From assembly GCA_964347265.1 (NCBI GenBank), contig CAYFXV010000001.1:115876-179875 (forward strand): DNA of 64,000 nucleotides, in the 5' to 3' direction. Shown here piece after piece: positions 1-15,000 of the stretch. The notes under the pieces are model-generated. The model saw only the letters and a list, made by a program, of their open reading frames with translations. It did not search any database and was not told where the DNA came from. The stretch comes from an uncultured archaeon. GTDB lineage: Archaea; Aenigmatarchaeota; Aenigmatarchaeia; Aenigmatarchaeales; Aenigmatarchaeaceae. Position numbers and translations under genes: made by a program. Within the stretch, counting starts at the first letter, position 1. Each line of letters begins with the position of its first letter.

Positions 1-1
1 T

Positions 2-3000
2 TCAAATGATTCTAACTCAAGTATTACTGGAGATTTTATAGGAATACCTCAAACAACGGAGAAGAGCTTTCCAATAGAAGTTTTGGCTGACGTTTCTATT
101 AATCTTGAGGTTGGAGAAAATCTTGTTAGAGCTACTTTAATTCTGGATAATGGAGATTTGCTTGAAAACCAGCAAATAGACTTTTACTTGAATAATACTC
201 TTCTTGGTTCTGGTTTAACTAATTCTGAAGGTTTTGTTGATTTTCCTGTTTCTGATATGGGAATTCTAAAAGCTGTTTTTAGTGGTGATTCCTCTTTGTT
301 TTATAATCCTTCTGAGATTGAGAAGGAAATAAAGCCAGTTGAAATATTAACTACTAAACAAGAAGAAAACATAACTTTAACTTTAGAAGAATCAGAAGGA
401 ATAAAGTTTTATAGAAGACTAGATTGTGACAGATGTGGACAACACAAAACTCCTCCTTTAACAGAAGTTAATATGAGTATATGGGTTAATAATGAAACAG
501 GTAATTTAACAGATTATTATCCTACAGAATGGACAATTATGAATAATAACGGTGGAACAATAACTGTTCATAATGAAACTTATAATAAAATAGAATTTGA
601 TAAGCCTTCTAGTTGGTATATAATAGAAAGTCCTAATAGAACACTTCCACCAACAAAGTACTATTTCTTTTCTGAATTCGGTGGAATAATAAGTGATAGC
701 TGGTTTGTAATAGTGTCTGATCCTGCAGCAGAATGTGTCTGGAAGCAAGATACTATCAGTTATTCTTGTGTTGAGAGTGGTGGACAGGATTCAGATTGTG
801 ATAATGGAAATAAAACATGGAATGTTGGTACAAGCTGTACAGAAGCAGGTGGTCCAACAATTGGCTGCTATATAGCAAACATAACTGTTTTGTTTTTCAC
901 AAGCAATGCTGCAACATCTCAGAATCATGATGCACAATTTATAATATATAACTCAACAGCTGCTCATTATCCAGCAAGTTTTAACTATCCTTATGAAGGA
1001 TATTTAGGTCCTTTATATTCATGTGGTAGTGTAAATAATGCTACAACTCAACCAAACAGTCCTACAACATGTAATTTAACTGGTCGTGGATTTAATGAAA
1101 CAAGCTATAACATAACATCATATGTGCCTGCCAAAGGGGCTGTTTCAGTCACACAGATTAATTATCAGTGGTGCTGGGAGGACGAGTTTCCAAAATTAGA
1201 TAATCCTCTTGTAAATGATACACAATCAGGATTTACTGCAGGTTGGGGAAGTATATTTAATTTTTCAGTGGAAGTATGGGAACCCCAAGGTAATGAAACG
1301 AATATAAGTTTATGGTATACTCAAACCGCAGGACAAAATTGGATGTTTGCAGGATCAAAAAATGATACCTCACCCCCAAAAACTGCTCCAGGAAATTTGA
1401 CTAATTTTACTTTAAACTTTAGTTGTAGTGATGGCTCAATTACAGATAGTTTATCAAATGATTTAGGAGTTTTGGGAGCGACAAAATACTACAAATTCAA
1501 TGCTACTGATCCTTATTTTAATACAAACGATACTTATAATTATTATGGAAACATTTATTTCACACCTGTTAAAGATAATTTAACACTTTCAAATGCAACT
1601 CCTAATAATTCTGTAATCAACAGAACAGATAGTATCGATCTTTCTCAATTAGTTAATGATAGTATTAGAAGTGTTTCTTTAGGAGAAAATGAAGTTGGTG
1701 GTACTGTATACATACAAAGAGATGGCACTAACTTTAATGATTATTATATATCTGGAACTAATTCTACAGGTTATCTTAATTACAATTTAACCTCAACAAC
1801 AATGTGTACTGATAATTTTGATGTGGGACTACAGAAATGGTATATATCAACTGATGGAAGTGCTTGCTATAATGGTAACCAATCAGAAAATCTTACTTTA
1901 ACTATTCAAGGTATTCTAACTGCAACAGTAAAACAGCCTACTGGCAATCAAAATTATGATAGAGGCCAGACAGTAACAATAAAAGGTTATATTGAGGATG
2001 ATTGTGGTGCAAAAACCGGATGGGAAGATAAAATAAACTTTACTCTAATAACTGAAGGTGGTACATATTATTGTAACCCTATTACAGAAGTAATAGGAGA
2101 AGCAGGAAATTATTCTTGTAATTGGGATTCTAATGAAGGAGTTGCAGGAACTTATAACATTACAGTTAATACAAGCGATGGATATTATTATAACTCTACA
2201 GTTAATGAAACAGATGCATTCAGTTTAGTGACAACGCCAAGATATGACAACATAAGTATTAGTCCATCGTCGGGAAGTGGGTGGGGCAATGAATATAATT
2301 ATACTGTGGATATTGATGATGCGACTGGTGAAGAAGTAAATGTTAGTTTTTGGTTACAAGAGTCAGGAGAAAGTTGGACATATCAAGAAAGTAAGAATTG
2401 TACTGTTGGCACAAATTGTACAGATGTTTGGTTTGCTAAAAACTTTACTTGTAATGATCAAAATACATGGTTTTTTAAATTTAATGTTACTGATCCATAT
2501 GGAACATCCAATGAATCAAGTGATACTGCAAATTCTCATGTAATAGGAAAGGACAATGTAACTATTGAGTATATGGCTGGAAACAACACAACTGCTAGTT
2601 TAGATACGCCTGCAACATTTATTCTAAGAATTTATGACTTTGAAAAAGGAACATATAATCTTAGTGCTCCAATTACTTTTAATGTAACAAAACAAGGTGC
2701 TGGAAATGATTATTATTTTGTAGGTACAAACACGACAAATGAAACCGGATATGTTATATTTGATTTTTATGCAGATCCAAGTTTTGATTCAGTCAGACAA
2801 TATTGGAGAGGTTATGTTAACACTACACAATCTCCTCAATGTTATGATTTTAATCAGTCTAATGAATATAATGTTACTACTCGTTCTAATGTTCCAAAAT
2901 TAGAAAACGAATCAGTTAGTCCTATAACAGGAGGGTGGGGTGATTCTAGAAGATTTAACATATCAGTGTATGATCAGAATGATACTACCAATGTAAGCTT

Positions 3001-6000
3001 GTGGAGATCTACAAGTACTGGAGGTCCTTGGATATTTGTATACTCTGAGAATTATACTAGCGTTGATACTTGGCAAAATCTTAGCTTTTTGATAAACTTT
3101 ACTTGTAGCGAAGTAAGAACTGATCCATGGTATTATAAGTTTAATGCAACTAATGCAATTGGCAATAAAAATACAACAACAGCTGATAGTACCAGGAACT
3201 TTACTGTTAGTAAAAATGATGTTATATTCGTAGATTTTTATGGAAATAATACAATTGCTAACCGTTCTGGCAGTCAGGAAAATCTATTATTCTTAAGGTT
3301 AGTAGATGGTAATGGAACTAACCTTAGTGATTATAATGCAAGTTTTTATGTAACTACAGACGGTGAAAACTTTCCAGCTGTTGGTGTTAGTAATGATTCT
3401 AATTCTAGTGGATATGTTCATTATTATTTCAATCCTTCATGCTCACCAAAGAATCAAGTTGGTGATCAAATGTGGAAAGTTGAGGTTGGTGATGCTTGTT
3501 ATCAGACCAACAGTACTAATACTTCTGGAATATACTTGAATCTAACTGTTATGGGTAACATTCTAATAACACTATCAAACCCGGATGGTACTGAAAATGT
3601 AACGCAGAGAAGTAACATGTTGTTCCTTGGTTCTAGTGATGATGATTGTGGAGATTCTCTAACTCTAAATACAACTTCTGGTTATGAAGAAGTAGAATAT
3701 TATGCTAATAATTCTTCAACATATGGATTTTATTGTGATGGTTATACCCTCATAGGTGCTAACTCTTATAGATGTTACTGGAAAACCAATACTTCTACAC
3801 CAGTTGGTTCATACAACGGATCTATGTTTGTAAATAAGAATTATTATTATCCGAATAATACATTAGATGATGCAGATAGAGGTTGGTTGTTCTATGTTGA
3901 AGTGTTAAGAGAGTTTGTAAATGTGAGTGTTAATCCATCATCAGAGATGTGGGATTATGTGAACTGGAATTTCTCTGCAGTGGCTACTAGTGGTGATGAT
4001 GAGAATGAGACTATTAAATTGTTGTTGAAAAAAGGAGCTGGTGCATGGCGATTCTGTGAAGATGCTATAGCTCAATGTTCAAACATGACACCTACTAACT
4101 GTACTCATTGTGAAAATCAGACTTACTTCTGGTATGCTAACTTTACAGAGTCGAATGCTGGAACATGGTTCTATAAGTTCCAGATGAATAATACTAATAC
4201 TCTTGCTGCAGACCATGAGACAAGTGGAACTGATAGCTTTGATGTATTGACAAGTGCTATTAGAGTATACTTAGAGAATGTAACTGTGGGTTCATCATGT
4301 GGTGGTTATACGTGCAGCTGGGGTGGTGGTAACTTTACATTTAATGTTACTGTGAATACTACTGGGGTTAATAATGCTACAGTATTCTTGTGGTATTCTC
4401 CAACAAATAGTGAACCATGGACATTGATTGAACAAGATAATTATACAATTCCTGGTGATCAATGGCAACAATTGAACTTTAGCAAAAGATATAATTGTAG
4501 TGATATAGGAACTAACTATTATTTCTTCAATGCTACAAACTACAATGGAACAACTAATACAACTGCATCTCAAACGTTTACAGTAACAAGAGATAATGTA
4601 ACATTCAATTATATAGAAGGTCATAATTCTACTGCCAATAGAACCGGGATTCAGACTACGCTTTTGAGTTTTCAAGCAAAGGATTTGAATGGAACGAATC
4701 TATCGTCCTTTCCAATCAAATATTCTATAACAACAAATAACGTAACATATTATACAGATAATAATTTCATAGTTATTACTGATTCAAGTGGTTATGCTAA
4801 TTTGTCATTTAATGCAACCTGTGCCAATGATTATTCAGGTGCTCCTAAATTCTTGGTGGGAGATCAACAATGGAAAGCTGAAGTGAATGATACTGAATTG
4901 AGTTGTTATTACAATAATGACACATCTAATTTCTTGTATAGAAATCTAACTGTTATGGGTAACATTCTAATAACACTATCAAACCCGGATGGTACTGAAA
5001 ATGTAACGCAGAGAAGTAACATGTTGTTCCTTGGTTCTAGTGATGATGATTGTGGAGATTCTCTAACTCTAAATACAACTTCTGGTTATGAAGAAGTAGA
5101 ATATTATGCTAATAATTCTTCAACATATGGATTTTATTGTGATGGTTATACCCTCATAGGTGCTAACTCTTATAGATGTTACTGGAAAACCAATACTTCT
5201 ACACCAGTTGGTTCATACAACGGATCTATGTTTGTAAATAAGAATTATTATTATCCGAATAATACATTAGATGATGCAGATAGAGGTTGGTTGTTCTATG
5301 TTGAAGTGTTAAGAGAGTTTGTAAATGTGAGTGTTAATCCATCATCAGAGATGTGGGATTATGTGAACTGGAATTTCTCTGCAGTGGCTACTAGTGGTGA
5401 TGATGAGAATGAGACTATTAAATTGTTGTTGAAAAAAGGAGCTGGTGCATGGCGATTCTGTGAAGATGCTATAGCTCAATGTTCAAACATGACACCTACT
5501 AACTGTACTCATTGTGAAAATCAGACTTACTTCTGGTATGCTAACTTTACAGAGTCGAATGCTGGAACATGGTTCTATAAGTTCCAGATGAATAATACTA
5601 ATACTCTTGCTGCAGACCATGAGACAAGTGGAACTGATAGCTTTGATGTATTGACAAGTGCTATTAGAGTATACTTAGAGAATGTAACTGTGGGTTCATC
5701 ATGTGGTGGTTATACGTGCAGCTGGGGTGGTGGTAACTTTACATTTAATGTTACTGTGAATACTACTGGGGTTAATAATGCTACAGTATTCTTGTGGTAT
5801 TCTCCAACAAATAGTGAACCATGGACATTGATTGAACAAGATAATTATACAATTCCTGGTGATCAATGGCAACAATTGAACTTTAGCAAAAGATATAATT
5901 GTAGTGATATAGGAACTAACTATTATTTCTTCAATGCTACAAACTACAATGGAACAACTAATACAACTGCATCTCAAACGTTTACAGTAACAAGAGATAA

Positions 6001-9000
6001 TGTAACATTCAATTATATAGAAGGTCATAATTCTACTGCCAATAGAACCGGGATTCAGACTACGCTTTTGAGTTTTCAAGCAAAGGATTTGAATGGAACG
6101 AATCTATCGTCCTTTCCAATCAAATATTCTATAACAACAAATAACGTAACATATTATACAGATAATAATTTCATAGTTATTACTGATTCAAGTGGTTATG
6201 CTAATTTGTCATTTAATGCAACCTGTGCCAATGATTATTCAGGTGCTCCTAAATTCTTGGTGGGAGATCAACAATGGAAAGCTGAAGTGAATGATACTGA
6301 ATTGAGTTGTTATTACAATAATGACACATCTAATTTCTTGTATAGAAATCTAACTGTTATGGGTGATATAAATATTACATTTACCAAACCCGATGGAACT
6401 TCAAATTACACACAAGAAGATACTATGCTTTTCCAGGGTTATACCTATGATGATTGTCATGATGCTTTATTACCAACAGTGAAATTTTATGCAAACAATT
6501 CAAGTGATAATAGTTCCGAATGTACAAATGTAAATATTTTAGGTGAAAATGTATTTGAATGTGATTGGGAAACGACCATAGAAACGCAAAGGGGATGGTA
6601 TAATACAACAATGAAGGCAAATATAACAGGTCACTATAATAACTTTAGCATAAATTCTGGAGATCCTGGTTTATTCTATCTATTTCCAATATACAAACTA
6701 CAAAACGAGGGTGCTGTTCCAACAACAGAAGGTTGGGGTTATAAAAATTGGAACTTTTCAATAAACGCATCTTCCGGAGATCCTGATAATGTTTACAACG
6801 TAACTTTCCAAATCAATAAAGGTTCTCCGCCAGTAGGATCAACTCCATGTAATGATTCTGTATGTGTTAATCAAACATATAAGGAATGTAGTTATCCTGA
6901 TTGCGTAGGAAGAACAGTTTATTGGTATAGAAATTTCAGTTATAATGATCAGGGCACATGGTTCTATAAATTCTTATTAAACACTGAAGAAACATCTGGT
7001 AATGATATTATCATTGTTGAAGAGGATAATATTACTATAAATCGTTCATCTCCTCCAGACGAAACTATTGTTAATAGAAGTGGGAGTCAGAGTGTACTGT
7101 TTGTTGTATTTGTTAATGATACTGATGCAAACCATACAGCTGGTAACCTAACAGATGGTTTCCCATCAGCTACAATATATTTCAATGTTACTAACACTTC
7201 AGGAAATTATATAACTTATGGATCGAATCTAACAAATGATACTGGTCATTCTAATGTTAGTTTTAATCCAAATTGTACGTATCCAAATGGAACGCAGAAT
7301 TGGACTTCTTATACATTAAATGATCCCAATTATAAGAACTTTACTATGAATGTTCATAACATAACAATCTGGGGAGACTTAGAACCACAAGAAATCAGAA
7401 CATATAATACAACTGATGAATCAGATATCTTTTATTGGGACCAAACAATTAATGTTACCGGAGTTATAGAAGATGATTGTGGCAATAGAATTTCAAATGA
7501 AACTGGAATAAATGTAACTTTCAAGATTTATAAGAACGATACTTATCCATCAGAAGCAATTGCTCTATGTACAGATGTTGAGTATCTTGGTAATGGAGTG
7601 TATTCTTGTCAATGGTTTGCTAATACTTATGAAAATACAACTTACAAAATAACAATGAATGCGAGTAATGTAAGTCTTCATAATAACGGGACTTATACAA
7701 AACCCGGAGCATTTGGTTTAAATGTGCCTCCAAACACACCTCCTTTAGTCGAAGCAGGTAGTGTAACACCAAATCCTGGAGCTTGGGGCTCAAACTTTAA
7801 CTTTTCTGTTAATGTAACTGATGAAGATAATTATCAAAATGTTACTGTTTATTTGTGGTATTCTTCTGATGGAAACGAGCCATGGACTATAATTAATCAA
7901 ACCACTTGTGTTGAAAACTGCACTAATAATAATGAGACAACTATATACTTTAATAAAAGTGATTATAGTTGTCAAGATATAGGAACAAGGTATTTCAAGT
8001 TTAATGCTACTGATAATTCAACTAAAGAAAATGCGGGTTCTGAACAAGATGAAGGACCTTATATGCTTAATTTAACAAGAAATAATGTTGATTTCATTAA
8101 TGCTGTTGGTGATGGTGGAACTGTTAATAGAAGTGGAACTCAAAATATAACATTCTTTATTCAGATTAATGATACGATTAAAAATGTTTTAGTTACTTCA
8201 AATGTGACAAAAGGAAGATTCTGGGTAACTTATGATGAATTAAATTGGGATGATGGTAGTGACAATAGAACATCAAATGCTTCAAGTTATATAAACTACA
8301 CATTTAATCCTACCTGTACTCCAACAAGATACAATGCAAGTGGTTCACAAAAATGGAAAGCAGGAGTTTTAAATGATTCTTGTTATGCTGATAATAACAG
8401 CACTAATTACAGCTTAACAATAAAGGGCGATTTAGTTAATTCAATAATAGAACCTAATGGAGATGTTGTCTCTGACCCTAACAACGTTACAATAATAGGA
8501 AATGTTACAAGTGATTGTAGTGATGATTTCGTAACTGATGCTAATGTTACTTTCAGAATTTCACATGAATCCTTTACTTATTTTGCTGAACCTGATCCAG
8601 CAAATAACAATGGAACATACTACAATGCTACACGTAATGTAACTGTAACTGAAGGAGGAAATTATTCAGTAATAATGAATTCTTCAAGAAGTATTTACAA
8701 TCCTGATAATGATACAACTTCAAATGCATTCCACCATCAAATCAATCCTGAATTGACAAATGATTATGTAACTCCTAGCAGTAAAGCATGGGGAACAACC
8801 TTTTATTTTTATGTTAATGTAACTGATGATGATGATAATGTTACTGTTTATTTGTGGACGAGATGTACAGGAGGTAATACAACAGCGAATGATTGTTATG
8901 CAGGATCTGAATTCAAATTAAATGATACGCAAACCTGTTTTGATTGTGTAAATAATCAAACACAGTTTTCAGTAACAACTGTATCAAATAGTATAGGAAA

Positions 9001-12000
9001 TTATGAATGGTTCTTTAATTCATCTGATAGTAATGGAGGAATAAATAATACATCAATAAAAACTTTTAACATAACAAAAAGACCGATATATTTTGTCCAT
9101 CAACAAGGTAATGAAAGTAATGTTAGTAGAATAGGCAGTAACACAACAATACTTCAAGTAAAAGTTTACAGAGTTGGTGTTAATGGTGGTGCTGATGATG
9201 AATTAGATGGACTTCCAGTTAGGTTTTGGATAACCCTTAATGGAACTGATTGGTCTTCAACTATTAGACAGAACACATCAGGTCAAACAGGAGCCGGTTT
9301 AGTAGAACATTACTTTAATCCTACTTGTCCGACACCTGAGTTCTTCAAAACTGGTCAACAAAAATGGAATACTACATTTGCAGGTAATGCCATCTATTTC
9401 TCAAATACATCTGAAAACTTTAACTTAAATATCAATTCAACTTTTATTGGAATTATTAATGTTCCAAATGGTGACACCTTTGCTACTGGTTCAAATATTT
9501 TCACTTCAGGAAACTTAACAGATGAATGTGAAATCATAATTGGAGCTACAGTTACCTATGGTGTTGAAGGTGAGCCAACCGTAACTTGTTCTGGTACAGA
9601 TCACAGTAATGGTACTTATACGTGTACACTACCAACTTCAGGGTTGTTAACAGGTTGGTATAATGAAACAATGAATGCAAGTAAAGCATATTATGAGAAT
9701 TTGTATCATATAGATGAAAATAATTTTGAAATGAGAGGTGGTCCAACCCTATTTAGTGAACAAATCAATCCAGCAACAGAAGGTTGGGGCTATAACTTCA
9801 CTATAAATGTTACAGCTGAGGATACAGATCCAAGTGATTATATCAACATAAGCTTGTGGAAGAGTGTTGGTGGTGGAGAATGGATTGAAATAGCAACCCA
9901 AGATTGTGATCCAGGAGTCTGTATAACTCCACAACCATTTTTCTTTTATCCAGAATTCAATTGTACTGATTATTTAAATGGACCGAATATAAATTTCAAA
10001 TTCAATGCTACAGACTCTTATGGATTAACAGATGAAACCTCAAATTTCTCTGCAACTTTCCAAAAAGACAATGTAACATTCACAATAGTTCAAGGTCAGG
10101 GAATAAATATTGGCAGAGAAAACGAAACAAATAATTTCATTATAATAGTTAATGATTCTGATAGAAATAACAACCCTGTAAACGCTTCACAAGAAAGTGA
10201 TAATTCTATTAATGGTACATTCTGGTTTGGAACAGTCAGTGGTTCAGCAACTTTTGATGAGGGTCATAATGTGTCAATAGAAGATGCTTCTGGTCAAATG
10301 AATTATACTTTTGATCCAAATTGTAGTTACGAGGTTGGAAATGAATACTGGTATGCAGAAATTATTGATAATCAGTGTTATGATGATGAAAGCATGGATA
10401 CAACAAGTCAAACTTATAATCTCTTTGGCCAATTAAAAGTAAACCTTTATACACCCAGCGAATTTTCACAATGGAATGTAACAGATTTTATTAATTTTAG
10501 ATGGAATGTTTCTAGTGATTGTTATGCTCAAGAAGGAAATATTAGTGGGTTATCAAATACTTTTGAACTGAATAACTTTGATAATACTTCTAGCTGTACA
10601 GACATAACAGAACCTTTTGCTGGCAATTATAATTGTACTTGGAATTCTACATCTCAACCAGAAGGTAATTGGACTGTAAATATTACAGCCATTAATAACA
10701 CGCACTGGTGGAATAATTTCACTAGTTATGCAGATTGGTTCTTCTTAAATAACAGAAACGCAACTGGATCAAATCCAACAGTCAATCCTCCGAATGGAGG
10801 GTGGGGAGGATTTTATAGATATAATATAACAGTTAATGATTCGGAAAATGATACAGTAACTTGTAGGTTATATACAAATACAAATGGAACATGGGTATAC
10901 AAAGGTTCAGATACTATTTCCACTCCTGAAAATTGTTCAATTGTTGTTAATGATTTTAGTTGTGGTGATCAGGGTAGTGGAGAATTCTACTTTATGATAA
11001 ATGATACATACAATGTAGTAAACACATCTCAAACTCTTGGAATAACAGATGGCCCAAATTTAGGAACTGATGAAGTAACTGTTACTTTTATACAAGAAGG
11101 CGGAGCTCCTGATTTTTATGTGAATAGAAGTGGCAATCAATATACAACAATGGTATTATTAGTTAATGATACCATCAAAAGTGAACAGCCTAATAATACT
11201 AATGTAACATTCTGGGTAACTACTAATGAAACTGACTATGATTCTGGAAATGTAGTAACAACAAATTCAAGTGGATATGCAATTTATAAATTTAATCCAA
11301 ATTGTACTGGTCCGTTTTATGATGATGGAAATCAAACATGGATAGGAGGAACTACTGATGGTTGTTATAATGATACTAATACAACTACGAATTTCAGTTT
11401 GAAGATTTTTGGAGACTTGATAAACACGGTGATTGAACCAACAGGCGGGTTCACAGTTTTGCGTGGTAACAATACAACTATAAAGGTAAATGTAACTGAT
11501 GATTGTAATGCGTCAGTTAACATAAGCACAATTAATATAACATCAATACAAGATACAAATGAATATGAATGTTCACCGATTCTACAATACTTTGATGTAT
11601 CACCTACAGGATTCTATAATTGTACATTTAACACAAGTGATCCAGTTTTAATGCCAGCAAGATATTATAAAATAAAAGTTAACACGACCTTGGAGAACCA
11701 TACTTATGAAGAAGTGAACGAAACTAATGCATTCTTTATTGAGACAGAACCTGTTTTATCAAGTGAGACTGTAATGTTACCTGAAACAGGTTGGGGTTCA
11801 ACTAATACTTTTACTGTTAACTTTACAGACGAAGATTTGGATGCTAATAGTGAAGTAACAGTTTGGTTTAGAAAATGTACTGATGAAACATGTACTGCAT
11901 ATAGTCCTGATTGGACTTCTGCAAATTCAATAAGTAATAATTCAGTTTCTGGTATTGGAATAAATGTTTCATTCAATAAAACTTGGGGTTGTGGTGACAT

Positions 12001-15000
12001 AGGTTATTGGCAATACAAGTTTAATGCAAGTGATTCAAGAGGTTACACTAATGAAACATCTATTCATAGTTTTAATTTAACTAAAGATGATGTATCAATA
12101 GAATATTTCTGGGGCAACAATTCTGTTGTTAATAGAAGTATATCGGAAAATCAAGTCTTAAGTGTAAGAGTAAAAGATTTAAATAAAAATGTTTATGTTG
12201 GAGTACCAATCGTATCAGCAAGTGGAAAATTCTGGGTTACAAATGATACTTTAAATAATTTCCTTGAAGTCTTTTCTGATGTCAGCTCAGATAATAGTTA
12301 TTTAAACAGAACGTGGAGCCCAAATTGTACTTTTGCAATAGGGCCACAGAAATGGAAAGTCAACATATCAAATGATGGTTGTTATCAAGATAATACAAGT
12401 GATGAATTTAAGATAAACATAACAACCTATCCATTAGTTGTTAATATATTACAACCAACAGACAATACAACGTTCTTAAAAGGTATAGATAACATTTTGG
12501 TTAAGGGTAATGTTACTGATGATTGTTCTGCTACTTTAGGGAAGGGAATTGTAAATGCGACAGTAATATTTACTGCTGAAAAAATAGATGATGGCTTTTC
12601 TAGTTCAACACCAGCACTATGTACCGTGTATAATGAAAGTGATGGGGAGTATAATTGTACTATATTGAATACTACACATGAACAAGTAGATTGGAATTAT
12701 GGAATTTATAACATTACAATGAATGCTACTAAAAATTATTATAATAACTCAATAACAAAAACTGAGGAAGATGCATTCGTACTTGCAAGCGAACCTGAAC
12801 TAAAAACTATAACTGTTTCTTCAACTCAAGGTGGTTCAACAGGTGGATGGGGAGAAATATGGACATACTCTATTCAATTAAGAGATAATGACACTAATAC
12901 AGTAAATGTCAGTTTATGGGCTTACAATTTGAGTGGAACAGACGTATGGGAATTGCTTAACTCAACAACGTGTCCAGGAACATTATGTCCAAATCCTACA
13001 TCAAGTTTTCAAACAATTACATTTACTGGCCATAATTATAGTTGCTCTAACTTAGAAGGTTTGTATTCAAGAGGAATAACATACAAGTTTAATGCTTCAG
13101 ATAATCTTAATTATACTAATCAAAGTTCTAATGATACATTTACTTTAGAAAGGGATAATAGTTTTACTTTATATATTTCTGGGGGTGGAACAAGTGTAGA
13201 TAGAGAAGGAGATGCTACAACGAGACTCATTCTTCAAGTTCAAGATGAGGATAGGGGATATGTAATTGTTGAAGGCGGTGTTAGTGCAAAAATATTTGTC
13301 ACATATAATCAAACTCAATGGGATTCTGGAGCAGATTTAACAACTAACAGTTCACCAAATGGTGGTTATGTAAATTATGATTTCAATGCAACATGTAGTT
13401 ATGAAACTGGTTTGCAATGGTGGAGAGGAGGCCCTTATGATGATTCATGTTATAAACCAAGCAACAACACTCCAAACAGAAGTGTTTATGTTTGGGGCCA
13501 ATTAAAGAATAATTTAGAATTACCTAATTATGGTTCAATTTATTACACTGGTGATCCAATAACAGCAAGATATAATACAACTTCTGATTGTGCAGGAGAA
13601 AGTCTTATAGCTAATGCAACTCCTGCTTCAATAGAATTTAGTTTATCAGGTTCGACTTGGTTTAATTGTACATCATTTAACAATGAATATGATGGTTGGT
13701 ATAATTGCACTTGGACAGACACAATCCAAACACATGGACAATGGGATATAAGACTTAATTCTAGTAAATCGCCAGACTATTATAATTCTAATAGTACTAT
13801 TTATACTGATTGGTTTAATTTGACCGATTCGCCCCCAAGTTATAACAATCAAAATGTAAGTCCATCAAGTGGAGGATGGGGAACTTCATTTAATTTTAGT
13901 ATAAATGTTTCTGATATTGATGCAAATGATATAAATTGTACATTATTTACATATACAAATGGTGCTTGGACAAACAGAGGCACTACAACTGTTTCTCCAT
14001 CGTATCCAAAATTATGTTCAATTATTGTTGATAACTTCACTTGTAGTGATATTAACACATCATCATTAAACTGGTTTAAGTGGGAATTGGAAGATGTAAT
14101 AAATATAAATAATACTACTAACACTACTGGCCCGAATATAACTAAAGATTCGATACAAATAATTCATCTTTCAGGTGATGGCCAACCAGTAAATAGAACT
14201 TATGGTAGTTTAACCATTAAAGTTTTTGTAAATGATACTACCAAGAATCAGGGTGTTGGTAGCGGTAGTGATCCGACAGCTACAGTATACTTTAATATTA
14301 CAACTAATGGAACAAATTATATAACTGAAGATTCTGACACAACATCTAGTGGTAATGCAAGTATTGATTTTGCTCCAACATGTAGTAATTATTCGATTGG
14401 TCTGCAAGATTGGTTTGCTTATGTTTTAGGGGATAGTTGTTATATTGATCAAAATTCATCCACATTCAACTTAACAGTACTTGGTAGTTTAACACCTCTA
14501 ATCACTTTACCTACTGGAGATAAATATCTGAGAGGTGAAAACGATACAATAATAAGAGGTAATGTAACTGATGATTGTAGTCAGGCATTTAATACCTCAA
14601 TAGTTAATTTCACAGCCATACATCAAGACAGTTCTACTGAAAATTTATGCTCTCCTACAAATAATGAAAATGATGGTTGGTACAATTGTACTGTAAATAA
14701 TACTACACATGCTACTTGGACAGCGGGAGCTTATAGAATTAAGTTTAATGTTACTGCTAATAATTACAATTACAATGAGAGTATAGATAATTGTGCACCC
14801 GGAACAAATGATGAAAATGGTGGTTGGTGTACAAATAATTATAAAGGATTCTGGTTAGAAACCAAACCTAATCTAACTGCACCATCTGTCAGTCCATCAG
14901 GTGATGGTGGTTGGGGAGAGACATGGACATTCACTGTTAATTCTACTGATGAGGATTATGATAATCTAAGGGTTAGATTATGGATTAGGAAGTGTGATGA

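Noticed and set aside
83-85. TTG at 83 as the true start of the giant gene, as given in the ORF track
   Set aside because: The frame is open with no stop back to nt 2, and the residues after 83 (MADVSINLEVGENLV…) are not a signal peptide although the protein is clearly extracellular. The gene continues upstream of the window.
4295-6079. 126-aa ORFs on the minus strand (4295..4675, 5699..6079) and similar pairs (14956..15144/18145..18333, 15120..15314/18309..18503, 39625..39897/40585..40857)
   Set aside because: They lie antisense or out of frame inside the long, strongly supported CDS. They are duplicated only because the underlying coding DNA is duplicated. They are shadow ORFs, though useful as repeat markers.
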